Shown piece after piece: positions 37,107 through 46,688 of a stretch of 64,000 nt of DNA (position 1 is its first letter; every line of letters begins with the position of its first letter). Source of the stretch: a virus (Duplodnaviria > Caudoviricetes); IMG/VR virus record IMGVR_UViG_3300037067_018912, positions 64,001 through 128,000 of that record, one strand, 5' to 3'. Made by a program: the position numbers and the translations under genes. The notes under the pieces are model-generated. The model had not been told where the DNA came from. It saw only the letters and a list, made by a program, of their open reading frames with translations, and searched no databases.

Positions 37107-37937
37107 TTATTTAAGTCCTTGTATTAATTTATCGCCATATTTGACTCCATCATAACCCAATTGTTTCGCTTTTTCGGCGATTGCCTTGCTTTTAAGGTTC
37201 TTCGGATCAGCATCGTATTGGCCGCTTATTTTTTCAAAATTTATATGTGGAAACCACATCTTTGCCACAATATCGACAGGGTCTTGACTGTCCTTGTAAG
37301 CCACCCCTAATTCATTCGTGTCAAGTAAGTTGTCAAAATCAATTTGATATTTACTGAAACCATCAATCGGATTCAAAACAAAGAAATTGCCAACCACAGA
37401 ATTCTCTTTTATTGGGTCTTTCCTGTAAGCAATTATGGTTTTCTGATTCGTTTCAGGTTTTTCTTGCCGGATCGCCTCATTATCCTCTTCCAATGAAGCA
37501 AGGAACTCACTTTGACTTACGCCCGCATCCATTTGGTTCTCATCGTTGATTACCTCATTGTTGGTGGTTTCCTCCATAGCATGCGCCATCTCATATTCAT
37601 AAATGTCTTGAATTTTGTTCAAGACCCTGGCAGCATCCTTTTCGTTTAGATTGATACTGATGGCTTTTAGAGGCTTTTCATCAAGCATCGCACGGACCAT
37701 TCTATGGTGACCATCGAGAATTTTGTTTTGCTCCGCCATCCAAATCGGATTTGAATCATCAAGATTCACCTTTTCTACTTCGTCGGAAAAAGTGACACCC
37801 TGAGACGGTTGCAATTCATTGGGATCAACCTCGACAAAATCATAACCCACACCCTCCTCATCAAGTTTCTCAAGCACATAGTCATATGGTGCATTCATTT
37901 GAGGAAGAAACCGTGGTTTGTATCGCATGTCAATCAT
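37107..37937 (-). CDS. ParB/Srx-like domain plus degenerate ART-like C-terminal domain
   Basis: ELQPSQ..PIW..ILDGHHR; C-terminal AYR..NFFV..AKQLGYDGVKY; start set to ATG 37937. Confidence 0.7.
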   Translation of the reverse strand: MIDMRYKPRFLPQMNAPYDYVLEKLDEEGVGYDFVEVDPNELQPSQGVTFSDEVEKVNLDDSNPIWMAEQNKILDGHHRMVRAMLDEKPLKAISINLNEKDAARVLNKIQDIYEYEMAHAMEETTNNEVINDENQMDAGVSQSEFLASLEEDNEAIRQEKPETNQKTIIAYRKDPIKENSVVGNFFVLNPIDGFSKYQIDFDNLLDTNELGVAYKDSQDPVDIVAKMWFPHINFEKISGQYDADPKNLKSKAIAEKAKQLGYDGVKYGDKLIQGLK

Positions 37938-37951
37938 TTTGATATTTTCAT

Positions 37952-37959
37952 ATAAATAC
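37952..37959 (-). promoter_or_regulatory. putative late promoter GTATTTAT
   Basis: 14 nt upstream of the ATG at 37937. Confidence 0.6.
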
Positions 37960-37961
37960 AA

Positions 37962-40900
37962 TCAAATTAATTTTTGAATTTCCTCCTTAATGGTATTCAA
38001 AAGTTTGGATTCCGTCAACGCCAAATTACCCTTATCAGCAAAATAAATATTGAATCTCACATTTTCGGGAATCTGATTTTTGATAGCATTATACGCCTCT
38101 AATTCAACATCCCGGTCTTCATAGACATTGATTTCTTGGATATCTGGAAATTCTTTCAAATAATTCAAGACTTTCTGCCCCTTGTCGAGATCGTCGTCCC
38201 CATTTTTCATATCAAGCCTATCAACATGAACACCACCCCTTTTCAATATCTCTTCAACTTGAGGGCGCAACTTCTCGATCCTCGACGTTAGAATGAGGAC
38301 ATATGTACCCGGTGTCGACTTCTCCTTTTGATATTGGTTGTAGATACCGGGAAATGGTTTGATATCAAAAATATCCAAATCCAAACTTTCAGGTTTACTC
38401 CACCATCCGATATGAGGGTATTTCTCACCCGTTTTTTCAGTCCATTCTTGCTTCCCGACCTCTGGATGTGGTGAATTCATCAACGTACCATCGAAATCAA
38501 ATATTGCAAGCCTTTTCACCCCCCTTGGTGTGTTCTGTGGGGTTTCAATCAGTTGGTTCTCAACTTCCTCAATCTTCCCCGTTACTTTAAATCGAAATCC
38601 AAGTGGTTTCCAATCCGTCAATTCTTTGGACATGGCTGGTTTTCCACCCGCTTCTTTATTGATCGCCAATGTTATATGAGGTTTTGTACTTTCGCTCGGA
38701 TACCCGGTAACACCAACAGCCATCACCAAATCATTCAATGCATAATCGACAATATTGAGTGTGATTGTTTTACTCCCTTTCATATCCAAATATTCTTTCG
38801 AATTGGGATCAAGTTCATCGAGCCTTATTGTCATGTGATGTGCAACAACCTCCCATCCTTCGGGGATCATGGCCTTGAAAACTTTCAATAACTGTTTTCT
38901 CGATTCCTTGTCAAGTATCACCCCGGTGTATGAAACCCTTTTCATTGGAGGTCTCTCTTCAACACCTTCATTCAGGACCTCCCTATCAGTCAACATCCAA
39001 CGTAATTCGTTCTTTAATCTTTCATCATTTACCAAATCGGGGAACTCGTCTTCCAAAAATCTCAACACAGATTCTTTTGACGGATCGTGAAACCTACCCC
39101 CGGCGTTCCATTGGTCGTATTTGTCGATGAATTGATCAAGATTCAACGATTTCACCCCTTCTTGAATATCGGCGATGTCTCTCTTAACATCAACACCTTT
39201 GTTCTGCTGTGCGAATTTCATCAATTCCTGCTTGTCGTTTCTTAATTTATCGGCATATATTTTCAAAAGTATGCTTTTAAGCATATCGCCAATCTCGCTG
39301 CCTTTAAATCCCAATGTCATTAAATCATTTCCGTTCACAGTCAATTCGCCAAGAGTCTTCGGGTATTTTCCCTGCACCAACTCTCGTGCTGCATTCTCGA
39401 TATTTTCGGGCAATATCGTACTTTGAAAAGTCTGTGGGGACAAGACGTACACATTATGAGCAATCGCTCTCGCCTTGACAGGATTGGATTCCTGCGAACC
39501 ATTGTAGGCGGTGTCAAGTGCCTTAATCTCCTTGTATGTGTTGATGTCGCCTCTCAGATTATTTTTGTAATATCCTGCAGGGTTCGGATTGAGGTGGATT
39601 AATAGAAATATAAACTCACCCATCGTCTTCACATCCTCGAAAGGACTCCTATCAATTGTTGATTGTTTAATGTCAAACCCAAAAATATTTTGGAAGAGTC
39701 CTGTATTTTTCAATAATTGCGCACCCATACGCTTATTGCCTTTTTTGACAATCTTATCGAATTCAATAAGAACCCTTTCAGCCGGAATTTCTTTTATTCT
39801 ACCTGCATTGGTTTGGATCATTTTCATCGTTTCTGGCTCAATTGTGAACCCAAAACGTGCTGCAAATTGAACCGCACGAAGCATTCTCAACGGATCATCA
39901 CTGAACGCCTTGGGATTGACGATGCGGATTATCTTGTTTTTTAAATCCTCCCGTCCGCCATAAGGATCGACTATATTACCCTCACTGTCTTTTGCAATAG
40001 AGTTGATAGTGAAATCCCTTCGTTCCAAATCCTTTTCGATTGGCAAGGCATGATCCGAAGTCACGCTGAATCCATGATAGCCGCCTTCTCCCGTCGGTGT
40101 TTCAGTTCTTGGTATAGCGACATCGACCTCCTCGCCACCTCTCGGTTTGAATTTCAATATACCGAAAGATTTTCCAACGGCGTTAACCACACCGTACTTT
40201 GAAAGGATTTTTTCAAGTTCATCGAAGGGAATTCCCGTAACAAGAATATCCAAATCCTTACTTTCTTTGCCAAGGAATTCATCCCGGACAGCACCACCGA
40301 CAGAATATATCTTTCCACCCACCGCTTCAACGTCATTTTTGAACGGCAGGTCAGTCAATGACGTCGACACCGCCTCGTTCAACGATTTTGGCAATCTGTA
40401 CATTGATTCAGATGTTTGATAATCAGCGTGAGTTCCCTTGTTGGGAACAAATCCATACGATTTATACCATTTCTTCAATCTCTCTTTGCTTGCACCCCAA
40501 ACATTATCCGGTGTTAATGTTAATATTTTATTGTTTTTGTCGGCGAAATCAATCAAGAGTCTCATCGCTTTATCGGCGAATCCACGTCCCCTAAATTCCC
40601 TGTGGATGATGATTTTATTTAAAGTAAGGTATTGGTTCTTCCTATCGGTGAGTTCCATCTCACCCACAATTTCACCGTCGTTAATAATATTATGTACGTT
40701 CCATCCACCCCCGGTGCTACTTGCAGGCAAATTTACGGTTAGTTCCTCTTGTACCCCACCATTTTCATTCACGGCATACGCTAATTGAGGTAATTCAATC
40801 ACTCCATACCGTCTGTTGAGATATTTTAGAATAGATTCGTCCGTATAATCCAATAATTTCCCGATCTCATACCCTTCTTCCGGTGTCATGTCTGCCGTAT

Positions 40901-42485
40901 AACCCCCGTGAGTTTTCATAATGTCGTGCAGCCTGTTCGCCTGATTCTCATAGCCTTTCCTGTAAACAAGGACGGGTTCAAAACTTGCAGGATGATTCGT
41001 TTGCTGTATCGGTATAATACCAAATCCTGCTTCTTTAACTCTGTCACGGAGCATGCGCCCACCAGTCAATCCGAAATTAATGAAACCAACATTTTTGTCA
41101 CCCGCAATCATCGAGTCAACGGTTTTTTCGTCCGAAAAACCCTCACTTGCATCAACCTCTTCTTTCAACGATCCATTTTCTTCCGCACCAATTTTTTCCG
41201 CCTTTATTATTTCAATAATATTGGGGTTATATATTATATAATGTTTTCTGTTATTGGGTTTTTCTATTATTTGACCGTCATAACCCAATCCTACCATTGC
41301 CCGTACAAATTCCTTGGGGTAATACCTAAAAAAATCATACCATACTTGTTGAAACAAATCTTTTTCATTCTTGGAATATTTAAAAAACGAATCGATGGCC
41401 GCATATAATCCCTTTTCAGGATTTTCTGACCAATTAGTCGCACTGTCCTCCCAAGTCGGAGACATTTTGATCAAATTCACCAATTCTTTTGGAGAAACTT
41501 TTCTGTGGGACGATTCGTCAAGTAACTTTCTTGGTGACAATCTTACTGTATGCATATAACCGCCATGACCGCCATACATCCATGCATCATCATAGTCGTT
41601 TGTAAAATAAATGCCAGGTCCTTCTTGATCCGTGGCTTTTTCAGCACCCACAAACTCATCGGTGAAACTATCAATTTTATTTGGAGAACCATGAAAGGCC
41701 AAAATACCACCTTCTTCAAAAGTTGTAATCGATTCGCCAATTGGTTTGATATCAAGATTGCTTATGTCGCCCTGGTTGCAAGCGGCACTTGTATTCCCCA
41801 TACCTCCGAGTCTGCATTTCTTCTTGACGCTGACGGCACTGCTGCCGGGCATATAGGATTGTAATCTCTCGTTTAAATTCTCACGGGTTAATTCTTCAAG
41901 CACCTGCCGGATTGTCTTAATATGAAAATCACGGTCTTCTTCTTTCAAGAACCCAATAACAGTAAACATTTGTTGCAACGCATCCACTGGGTTTATAAGA
42001 ACAAATTCCTTATATTTGAAACCTTCCTTACGAATGTAATTGATTATGTCTTTCAACGCCTTAATGAAACCCGCTTTGTCGCCGTTATTAAATGCGTTTT
42101 CCATTGCAGGGAAATAATCGTTCAACACTTCGCCTGCAATCCTTTTTGCGAGATCGATTTGTTCGTTAACATCACCCTCCCTCGGAACAGCATGTTTTAT
42201 TATCCTGGTAAGATAATAATCAATCCCTTCCGCCTCGGTCATAATGAACCTGTCTTTGGTAGCATCACCAACATGGTTATATTCCAAATCCTCGCTCAAA
42301 TTCTCTTGCGGTGGAAATTCATCTTGTCCAACAGCAGAATCGGTTGAGAATTTCGAAGACCCGTCTTCATCAACTGTATTGGGGGTCACGGCGGTCATTC
42401 CGTTTCTTATATCAGCACCACCGCCGATATCCGAAAGAATATCGTCATTGCCGTCGGCGTTGAATAATTCATGTAATTCATCCAT
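37962..42485 (-). CDS. cca: polyvalent multidomain protein: ADP-ribosyltransferase, GNAT, CCA-adding nucleotidyltransferase, 2H phosphodiesterase, HAD phosphatase
   Basis: AFHGS..GPGIYFT..GYDG (ART); FRGRGFA..WYKSYGF (GNAT); VGGAVRD..DLD..RRDFTIN..DDPLRMLR (class II CCA NTase); HMTI/HITL (2H); FDFDGTL..YEDR (HAD). Confidence 0.88.
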   Translation of the reverse strand: MDELHELFNADGNDDILSDIGGGADIRNGMTAVTPNTVDEDGSSKFSTDSAVGQDEFPPQENLSEDLEYNHVGDATKDRFIMTEAEGIDYYLTRIIKHAVPREGDVNEQIDLAKRIAGEVLNDYFPAMENAFNNGDKAGFIKALKDIINYIRKEGFKYKEFVLINPVDALQQMFTVIGFLKEEDRDFHIKTIRQVLEELTRENLNERLQSYMPGSSAVSVKKKCRLGGMGNTSAACNQGDISNLDIKPIGESITTFEEGGILAFHGSPNKIDSFTDEFVGAEKATDQEGPGIYFTNDYDDAWMYGGHGGYMHTVRLSPRKLLDESSHRKVSPKELVNLIKMSPTWEDSATNWSENPEKGLYAAIDSFFKYSKNEKDLFQQVWYDFFRYYPKEFVRAMVGLGYDGQIIEKPNNRKHYIIYNPNIIEIIKAEKIGAEENGSLKEEVDASEGFSDEKTVDSMIAGDKNVGFINFGLTGGRMLRDRVKEAGFGIIPIQQTNHPASFEPVLVYRKGYENQANRLHDIMKTHGGYTADMTPEEGYEIGKLLDYTDESILKYLNRRYGVIELPQLAYAVNENGGVQEELTVNLPASSTGGGWNVHNIINDGEIVGEMELTDRKNQYLTLNKIIIHREFRGRGFADKAMRLLIDFADKNNKILTLTPDNVWGASKERLKKWYKSYGFVPNKGTHADYQTSESMYRLPKSLNEAVSTSLTDLPFKNDVEAVGGKIYSVGGAVRDEFLGKESKDLDILVTGIPFDELEKILSKYGVVNAVGKSFGILKFKPRGGEEVDVAIPRTETPTGEGGYHGFSVTSDHALPIEKDLERRDFTINSIAKDSEGNIVDPYGGREDLKNKIIRIVNPKAFSDDPLRMLRAVQFAARFGFTIEPETMKMIQTNAGRIKEIPAERVLIEFDKIVKKGNKRMGAQLLKNTGLFQNIFGFDIKQSTIDRSPFEDVKTMGEFIFLLIHLNPNPAGYYKNNLRGDINTYKEIKALDTAYNGSQESNPVKARAIAHNVYVLSPQTFQSTILPENIENAARELVQGKYPKTLGELTVNGNDLMTLGFKGSEIGDMLKSILLKIYADKLRNDKQELMKFAQQNKGVDVKRDIADIQEGVKSLNLDQFIDKYDQWNAGGRFHDPSKESVLRFLEDEFPDLVNDERLKNELRWMLTDREVLNEGVEERPPMKRVSYTGVILDKESRKQLLKVFKAMIPEGWEVVAHHMTIRLDELDPNSKEYLDMKGSKTITLNIVDYALNDLVMAVGVTGYPSESTKPHITLAINKEAGGKPAMSKELTDWKPLGFRFKVTGKIEEVENQLIETPQNTPRGVKRLAIFDFDGTLMNSPHPEVGKQEWTEKTGEKYPHIGWWSKPESLDLDIFDIKPFPGIYNQYQKEKSTPGTYVLILTSRIEKLRPQVEEILKRGGVHVDRLDMKNGDDDLDKGQKVLNYLKEFPDIQEINVYEDRDVELEAYNAIKNQIPENVRFNIYFADKGNLALTESKLLNTIKEEIQKLI

Positions 42486-42487
42486 TG

Positions 42488-43102
42488 TTACTTCTTATTG
42501 TAATGTTTATCATATATGTCATTGGTCAACCCATAATCAACCAAAACAGCCGTAGGCTTACCATTCCGGAGAATCTCACCATAAGTATTTATACAACTCA
42601 AATCCCCAAAATGAATATCATATTTAAAAACAAATTCTTCAAATTTTATGATGAAATTATCCCCATTCATATTATTTTCGATATTGACGGGCAATAAATG
42701 TCTCTTCTCGTTTCCCCTTCGTACTTCACCACAATTCACCAAATAAAAATAAACATCTTTCAACTTAAACCCTGTCAACTCCTTGAATTTTTTCAAGGTA
42801 ACCCTTCCGGCTTTTTCTGCAACCACCCAATCCTTGCAATCATTACTGTCAAGAACGTTGGCAAGAAATTCAAACCTCCTGTCCGTCCACCGGGGCAGGA
42901 AAGACGCCTCCACCGCATTTTGCATGAGACCTTCTTGGTTCACTGCCAATTTAAAAATTTTGGCGTCGTCGAATTCATACACGAATCTACCTGATCCACG
43001 GGCGATCTTCTTTAAACGTTTGTTACAATATTCAATCCTTTTTACAAAAGTATCGATTCCATTCAAACCTTCCAAAAAATTTGAAAATTCAATTTGTGTC
43101 AT
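42488..43102 (-). CDS. protein kinase-like protein
   Basis: IARGSGRFVY, IFKLA, N..E, GDL..NTYG, LVDYG. Confidence 0.7.
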   Translation of the reverse strand: MTQIEFSNFLEGLNGIDTFVKRIEYCNKRLKKIARGSGRFVYEFDDAKIFKLAVNQEGLMQNAVEASFLPRWTDRRFEFLANVLDSNDCKDWVVAEKAGRVTLKKFKELTGFKLKDVYFYLVNCGEVRRGNEKRHLLPVNIENNMNGDNFIIKFEEFVFKYDIHFGDLSCINTYGEILRNGKPTAVLVDYGLTNDIYDKHYNKK

Positions 43103-43127
43103 CCCGAAATATTTTTACGGTATACAC

Positions 43128-43135
43128 ATAAATAC
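43128..43135 (-). promoter_or_regulatory. putative late promoter GTATTTAT for the kinase + polyprotein operon
   Basis: 25 nt upstream of the ATG at 43102. Confidence 0.55.
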
Positions 43136-43163
43136 ATGAAAAAGGGGATAAAAAAAGCGCAAC

Positions 43164-43838
43164 TTACTGTTGCGCTTTCGCCTTGGTTTTGGCTTGTATT
43201 TCTCTGATCACTTCGACGACCACGCCTTTTATCAGTTCCCTGTTCTCTCGCAGGACTTCCTTTATTCTCTCGACAGCGTACATTTCGATTATTGTACTGT
43301 TGATGGCTTCTTCAAGCACCGGACCGAGGTTTTCAACCAAATGATTGTTGACTATTTTTTTGACGCTCTCTGCCAAGTACGCTTCATTCAGCATGGGTTG
43401 CTGATATACGTTCTCGTTCAAAGGTACGGTTGCTGGTTTGTGTCCTTGAGAAGGGTTTATATAATTCTGCATTGATTCCGCAAGCGTGCTCTTCTTTCTT
43501 TTTTCAAGGTCACGGTATAAATCCTCATCCCTTTCAGGAGACATTTCAACAGGACCGGGTTTTTCAATAGGTTTGCGTGCAACCTGCGTTTCAGATATAA
43601 CATGTCTTGGAGTTTCACCTGCTTTCAACGAAGCCTTATTGTCAACAGTTTTTATCAAATTCGTTGACACGGTATCTTTGCCAGTCTTTATTGCTTCCAC
43701 CAACCCGTGCAAAAATGCATCTTTCGGTGCTAAATTTGGACCAACACTTTCTCCAAAAGCCGATTGAGTCATATTTTTCTCTCTCTTGCTTTTCTCAATC
43801 TCGTTTTTTATTTTGCTTATATCGAAATTCTTTGCCAT
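43164..43838 (-). CDS. hypothetical protein, possible prohead core/scaffold-like
   Basis: several LAES/LNE/ISE motifs; helical C-terminus. Confidence 0.6.
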   Translation of the reverse strand: MAKNFDISKIKNEIEKSKREKNMTQSAFGESVGPNLAPKDAFLHGLVEAIKTGKDTVSTNLIKTVDNKASLKAGETPRHVISETQVARKPIEKPGPVEMSPERDEDLYRDLEKRKKSTLAESMQNYINPSQGHKPATVPLNENVYQQPMLNEAYLAESVKKIVNNHLVENLGPVLEEAINSTIIEMYAVERIKEVLRENRELIKGVVVEVIREIQAKTKAKAQQ

Positions 43839-43861
43839 TTTATAAAAATTTATACTTTTTT

Positions 43862-43869
43862 ATAAATAC
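43862..43869 (-). promoter_or_regulatory. putative late promoter GTATTTAT
   Basis: 23 nt upstream of the ATG at 43838. Confidence 0.6.
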
Positions 43870-43870
43870 T

Positions 43871-44782
43871 TTAGGTTTTGAAAAAAGGCTTCCTTTCAAA
43901 TGGAATTGTTGGAAGTTCGCTCTCCTTCACCATTTCCTGTTTCTTCCTTTCCTCACTCTGCCTTTTCAAATCGTCCTTAATTTTTCTTGTCTGACGACCT
44001 GCCGCTACTTTTTCCTGCTTTACTGTTCTATCATATAAAGTGGTCAAGTCGCCGATTATCGCATTCTTCGGAAACACAATCTTGTTCTTGACGTGTATCA
44101 ACCTGAAATTCCCTGCATCATCTACCGCAACGAAATATGAATTCGGGGATTTGTGATAGACATCCTTTGTTTTATAATACAATCCATTTATGATATTCGG
44201 AGGCATGGCTTTCTTGTACCTGCCCGCATCTGCTTTCATAAAACCAACCCATTTGCCCTTCCGGGGTTCTATTGGGACTTCCCTTGGTACAAATTCTGGT
44301 TCTGTCTTCGATGATACATATGCGATGACACTCATCATATCATCGTCTCCACCTTCATGATAATCAGGAGGTATTATCACCTTCCCTTGTTCGTCGTTAA
44401 ACTTTTCTCCGGTCGGATATGCTTTACTTATTTTATCAACACGAAAGAACCTCCAACCAGGCTTAATGCCGCCGAAATGATCATCAACCCAATAATCGTG
44501 GCGATGATCGTCGGGGCGTGTCGGCCTGTTTTGAAACGTAACACTATTAGGATTATCTTGCCATGCCCTGAGAACCCTGCCATTCTTGTTCGTACCCAAC
44601 ACATAGGGGCGTATCGTTCTATACCCACTTTTGTTACTCCCGTCGCCCGCATAATAAATATACAGATATTGATGGTTGTTAATGGCGTCAACAATCATGT
44701 CGTCGTTCACGCCTTCGGTCAAAAGGGTTTCACCACGGAATTTCCTGATGTTATCGAACAATATGCCGGACTCGTTGGTCAT
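43871..44782 (-). CDS. WYL-domain protein without an HTH
   Basis: AINNH..IYY..RTIRPYVLG..LRAW..WRFFRVDKI. Confidence 0.75.
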   Translation of the reverse strand: MTNESGILFDNIRKFRGETLLTEGVNDDMIVDAINNHQYLYIYYAGDGSNKSGYRTIRPYVLGTNKNGRVLRAWQDNPNSVTFQNRPTRPDDHRHDYWVDDHFGGIKPGWRFFRVDKISKAYPTGEKFNDEQGKVIIPPDYHEGGDDDMMSVIAYVSSKTEPEFVPREVPIEPRKGKWVGFMKADAGRYKKAMPPNIINGLYYKTKDVYHKSPNSYFVAVDDAGNFRLIHVKNKIVFPKNAIIGDLTTLYDRTVKQEKVAAGRQTRKIKDDLKRQSEERKKQEMVKESELPTIPFERKPFFKT

Positions 44783-45021
44783 TAGGCGGTTGCGTCGTTG
44801 TATTCTCTGTTCCTGTTGAATTTATTTCTGACCATTGAAGTTTCCCTCGTCTTTATGTCAGTAATACCTCCAACTTGATTGTTTACTTCACCCTTACCTT
44901 TTTCATCACCGTTTGACAATGCGTTCGAGTGTGCAACATTGTACGGGGCGTTATTGTCATATGAATTCCTGGCGACATTCGTCTTCCGGAAAGTAACGCT
45001 GATGTCCTCTAATCTGCTCAT
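44782..45021 (-). CDS. small hypothetical virion-associated protein
   Basis: 79 aa ORF after a late motif, coupled to the WYL gene. Confidence 0.65.
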   Translation of the reverse strand: MSRLEDISVTFRKTNVARNSYDNNAPYNVAHSNALSNGDEKGKGEVNNQVGGITDIKTRETSMVRNKFNRNREYNDATA

Positions 45022-45053
45022 TTTTTAATGTATTAAGTTCGTTGTTATTTATC

Positions 45054-45061
45054 ATAAATAC
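45054..45061 (-). promoter_or_regulatory. putative late promoter GTATTTAT
   Basis: 32 nt upstream of the ATG at 45021. Confidence 0.55.
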
Positions 45062-45064
45062 GGG

Positions 45065-45850
45065 TTAATCGTATTTTTTAAACGTCAATGTAATGTATTC
45101 AATCAAATGCGGTACTGTGTCGAGATATTCCATCTCCTCAACGCTGAACCACCCATATTTCGTATTTTCTTTCTGATCAAGTGCAATATCGGCAGTGTCA
45201 CCATTGAACCTGCAAGCAAAAATATGCTCGATACTATCTGAATGCCTTTGAATGCTGAATGTCTTGATGAATTTTTTTATGTCGAGATCGGTTTCTTCTT
45301 TAATCTCCCTTTTAACGGCCTCTTCTGGGGATTCTCCTTTTTCAATACCGCCGCCGACCAACGCCCATTTATTGGGCATCCAATATTCCTTATGATCCGC
45401 ACGTTTTAAAAGAAGAATTTTATTGTCATCGTTCACAATTATTGCAACCGCATTTTTCTTCAATTCCTTCTTGTCTTTCTTTTTTTCCTCATTCAACACA
45501 GGTGTTTGCGAAGGCTGCAATTCCAAATTTGGATTGACATTTGCATCTTGTGTGACTTTTTTCGCTTGTGCAACAGCATTCCTATCTGTTGCAAGGGAAG
45601 TCTCAATGAATGATTTCATCAAATCACCCCCGGCAAGTGCATACTGCATCTTGTTGTTAACCTGTTGATCAAAATGATCGAAAAAGTTCTTCAACCTCTT
45701 CATGTCCTGATAGGTTATACTGCCGTTTTTTAAGAGGAATTTGGCTCTTTTAACGCCTTCACCCCCCGGAGTGGATACCAAGGTCGCCTGGATGTATTTC
45801 AGCACGTCAGGTGGAATCCTGTACGTTTTATCGTATAATTCCGAGTTCAT
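45065..45850 (-). CDS. NUDIX hydrolase with an N-terminal extension
   Basis: Nudix box GGGIEKGESPEEAVKREIKEETDL. Confidence 0.9.
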   Translation of the reverse strand: MNSELYDKTYRIPPDVLKYIQATLVSTPGGEGVKRAKFLLKNGSITYQDMKRLKNFFDHFDQQVNNKMQYALAGGDLMKSFIETSLATDRNAVAQAKKVTQDANVNPNLELQPSQTPVLNEEKKKDKKELKKNAVAIIVNDDNKILLLKRADHKEYWMPNKWALVGGGIEKGESPEEAVKREIKEETDLDIKKFIKTFSIQRHSDSIEHIFACRFNGDTADIALDQKENTKYGWFSVEEMEYLDTVPHLIEYITLTFKKYD

Positions 45851-45853
45851 CAA

Positions 45854-46672
45854 TTACTGTTTTTTTAATCCTGCACGTGCAAGACTGTAGATATATTCTT
45901 CAACCTCATGCTTGTCCAAACCGATTTCACCTGAAAACTTGTGAATATCCTCATCGTTAAAATCCCCTTTGTAATCAGCCACAAAATCTTTGATCTTCTG
46001 CTTTTGTTCGGTAGAAAATTCGGATTCCTCTTTTTTACTTTCCAATAGATTGATCAACTTGTCGATATCGCCTTTCTCGAATTTCTTGTTGATGAGTCCG
46101 GCAATCTTTTCAACCTGCTTTTCACGAACTTCTTTGTCTTCACCCTTCTTGGACATTTCATCTTCGGATTTTTTGTCAATCACTTTGTCCTCAACGACTT
46201 TTTCTTCGGAGACTGCAGATTCGTCAAGATTTTCAGGCTGTTTGAATGAACCCTCAAAATATTTTTCAAATATTTTAACAACCTTTTGAGAATTCGTGCT
46301 GAAATTGAATATTTGGTTGTCGTCGTGTTGCCCGTCTTGGACTATTCGCCTGTAATCACTTTTGATTTTATTGGGGTTGCGGAAATAATATTCAAGGAAT
46401 TCCTTATATAATTCAAGAAATTCATTGGAAACTTCCTTTACCAGTTCAGTTTGTTCTTGATTTTCCTCACCTTCGAAGAACGGCAGGAGTGTGAATCCGA
46501 AACGGCCAAGCATGTCATATCTGAAAGGTTGATTACCTTTCTGCACATTCTGATCGGTAGTGCTATTGGCTTGAGTGTCCAAATCACTACCACTTCTTGG
46601 AATATCGTCGCTTCCGATCAGGTCGCCGTTTGAATCAATTATTTCATTCAGTTCCTTCTTCGTTATTTTCAT
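45854..46672 (-). CDS. hypothetical acidic protein, possible internal head protein
   Basis: MKITKKELNEII start; LDE/VSE/LLE motifs. Confidence 0.7.
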   Translation of the reverse strand: MKITKKELNEIIDSNGDLIGSDDIPRSGSDLDTQANSTTDQNVQKGNQPFRYDMLGRFGFTLLPFFEGEENQEQTELVKEVSNEFLELYKEFLEYYFRNPNKIKSDYRRIVQDGQHDDNQIFNFSTNSQKVVKIFEKYFEGSFKQPENLDESAVSEEKVVEDKVIDKKSEDEMSKKGEDKEVREKQVEKIAGLINKKFEKGDIDKLINLLESKKEESEFSTEQKQKIKDFVADYKGDFNDEDIHKFSGEIGLDKHEVEEYIYSLARAGLKKQ

Positions 46673-46688
46673 GATGATGCATTTTCAT

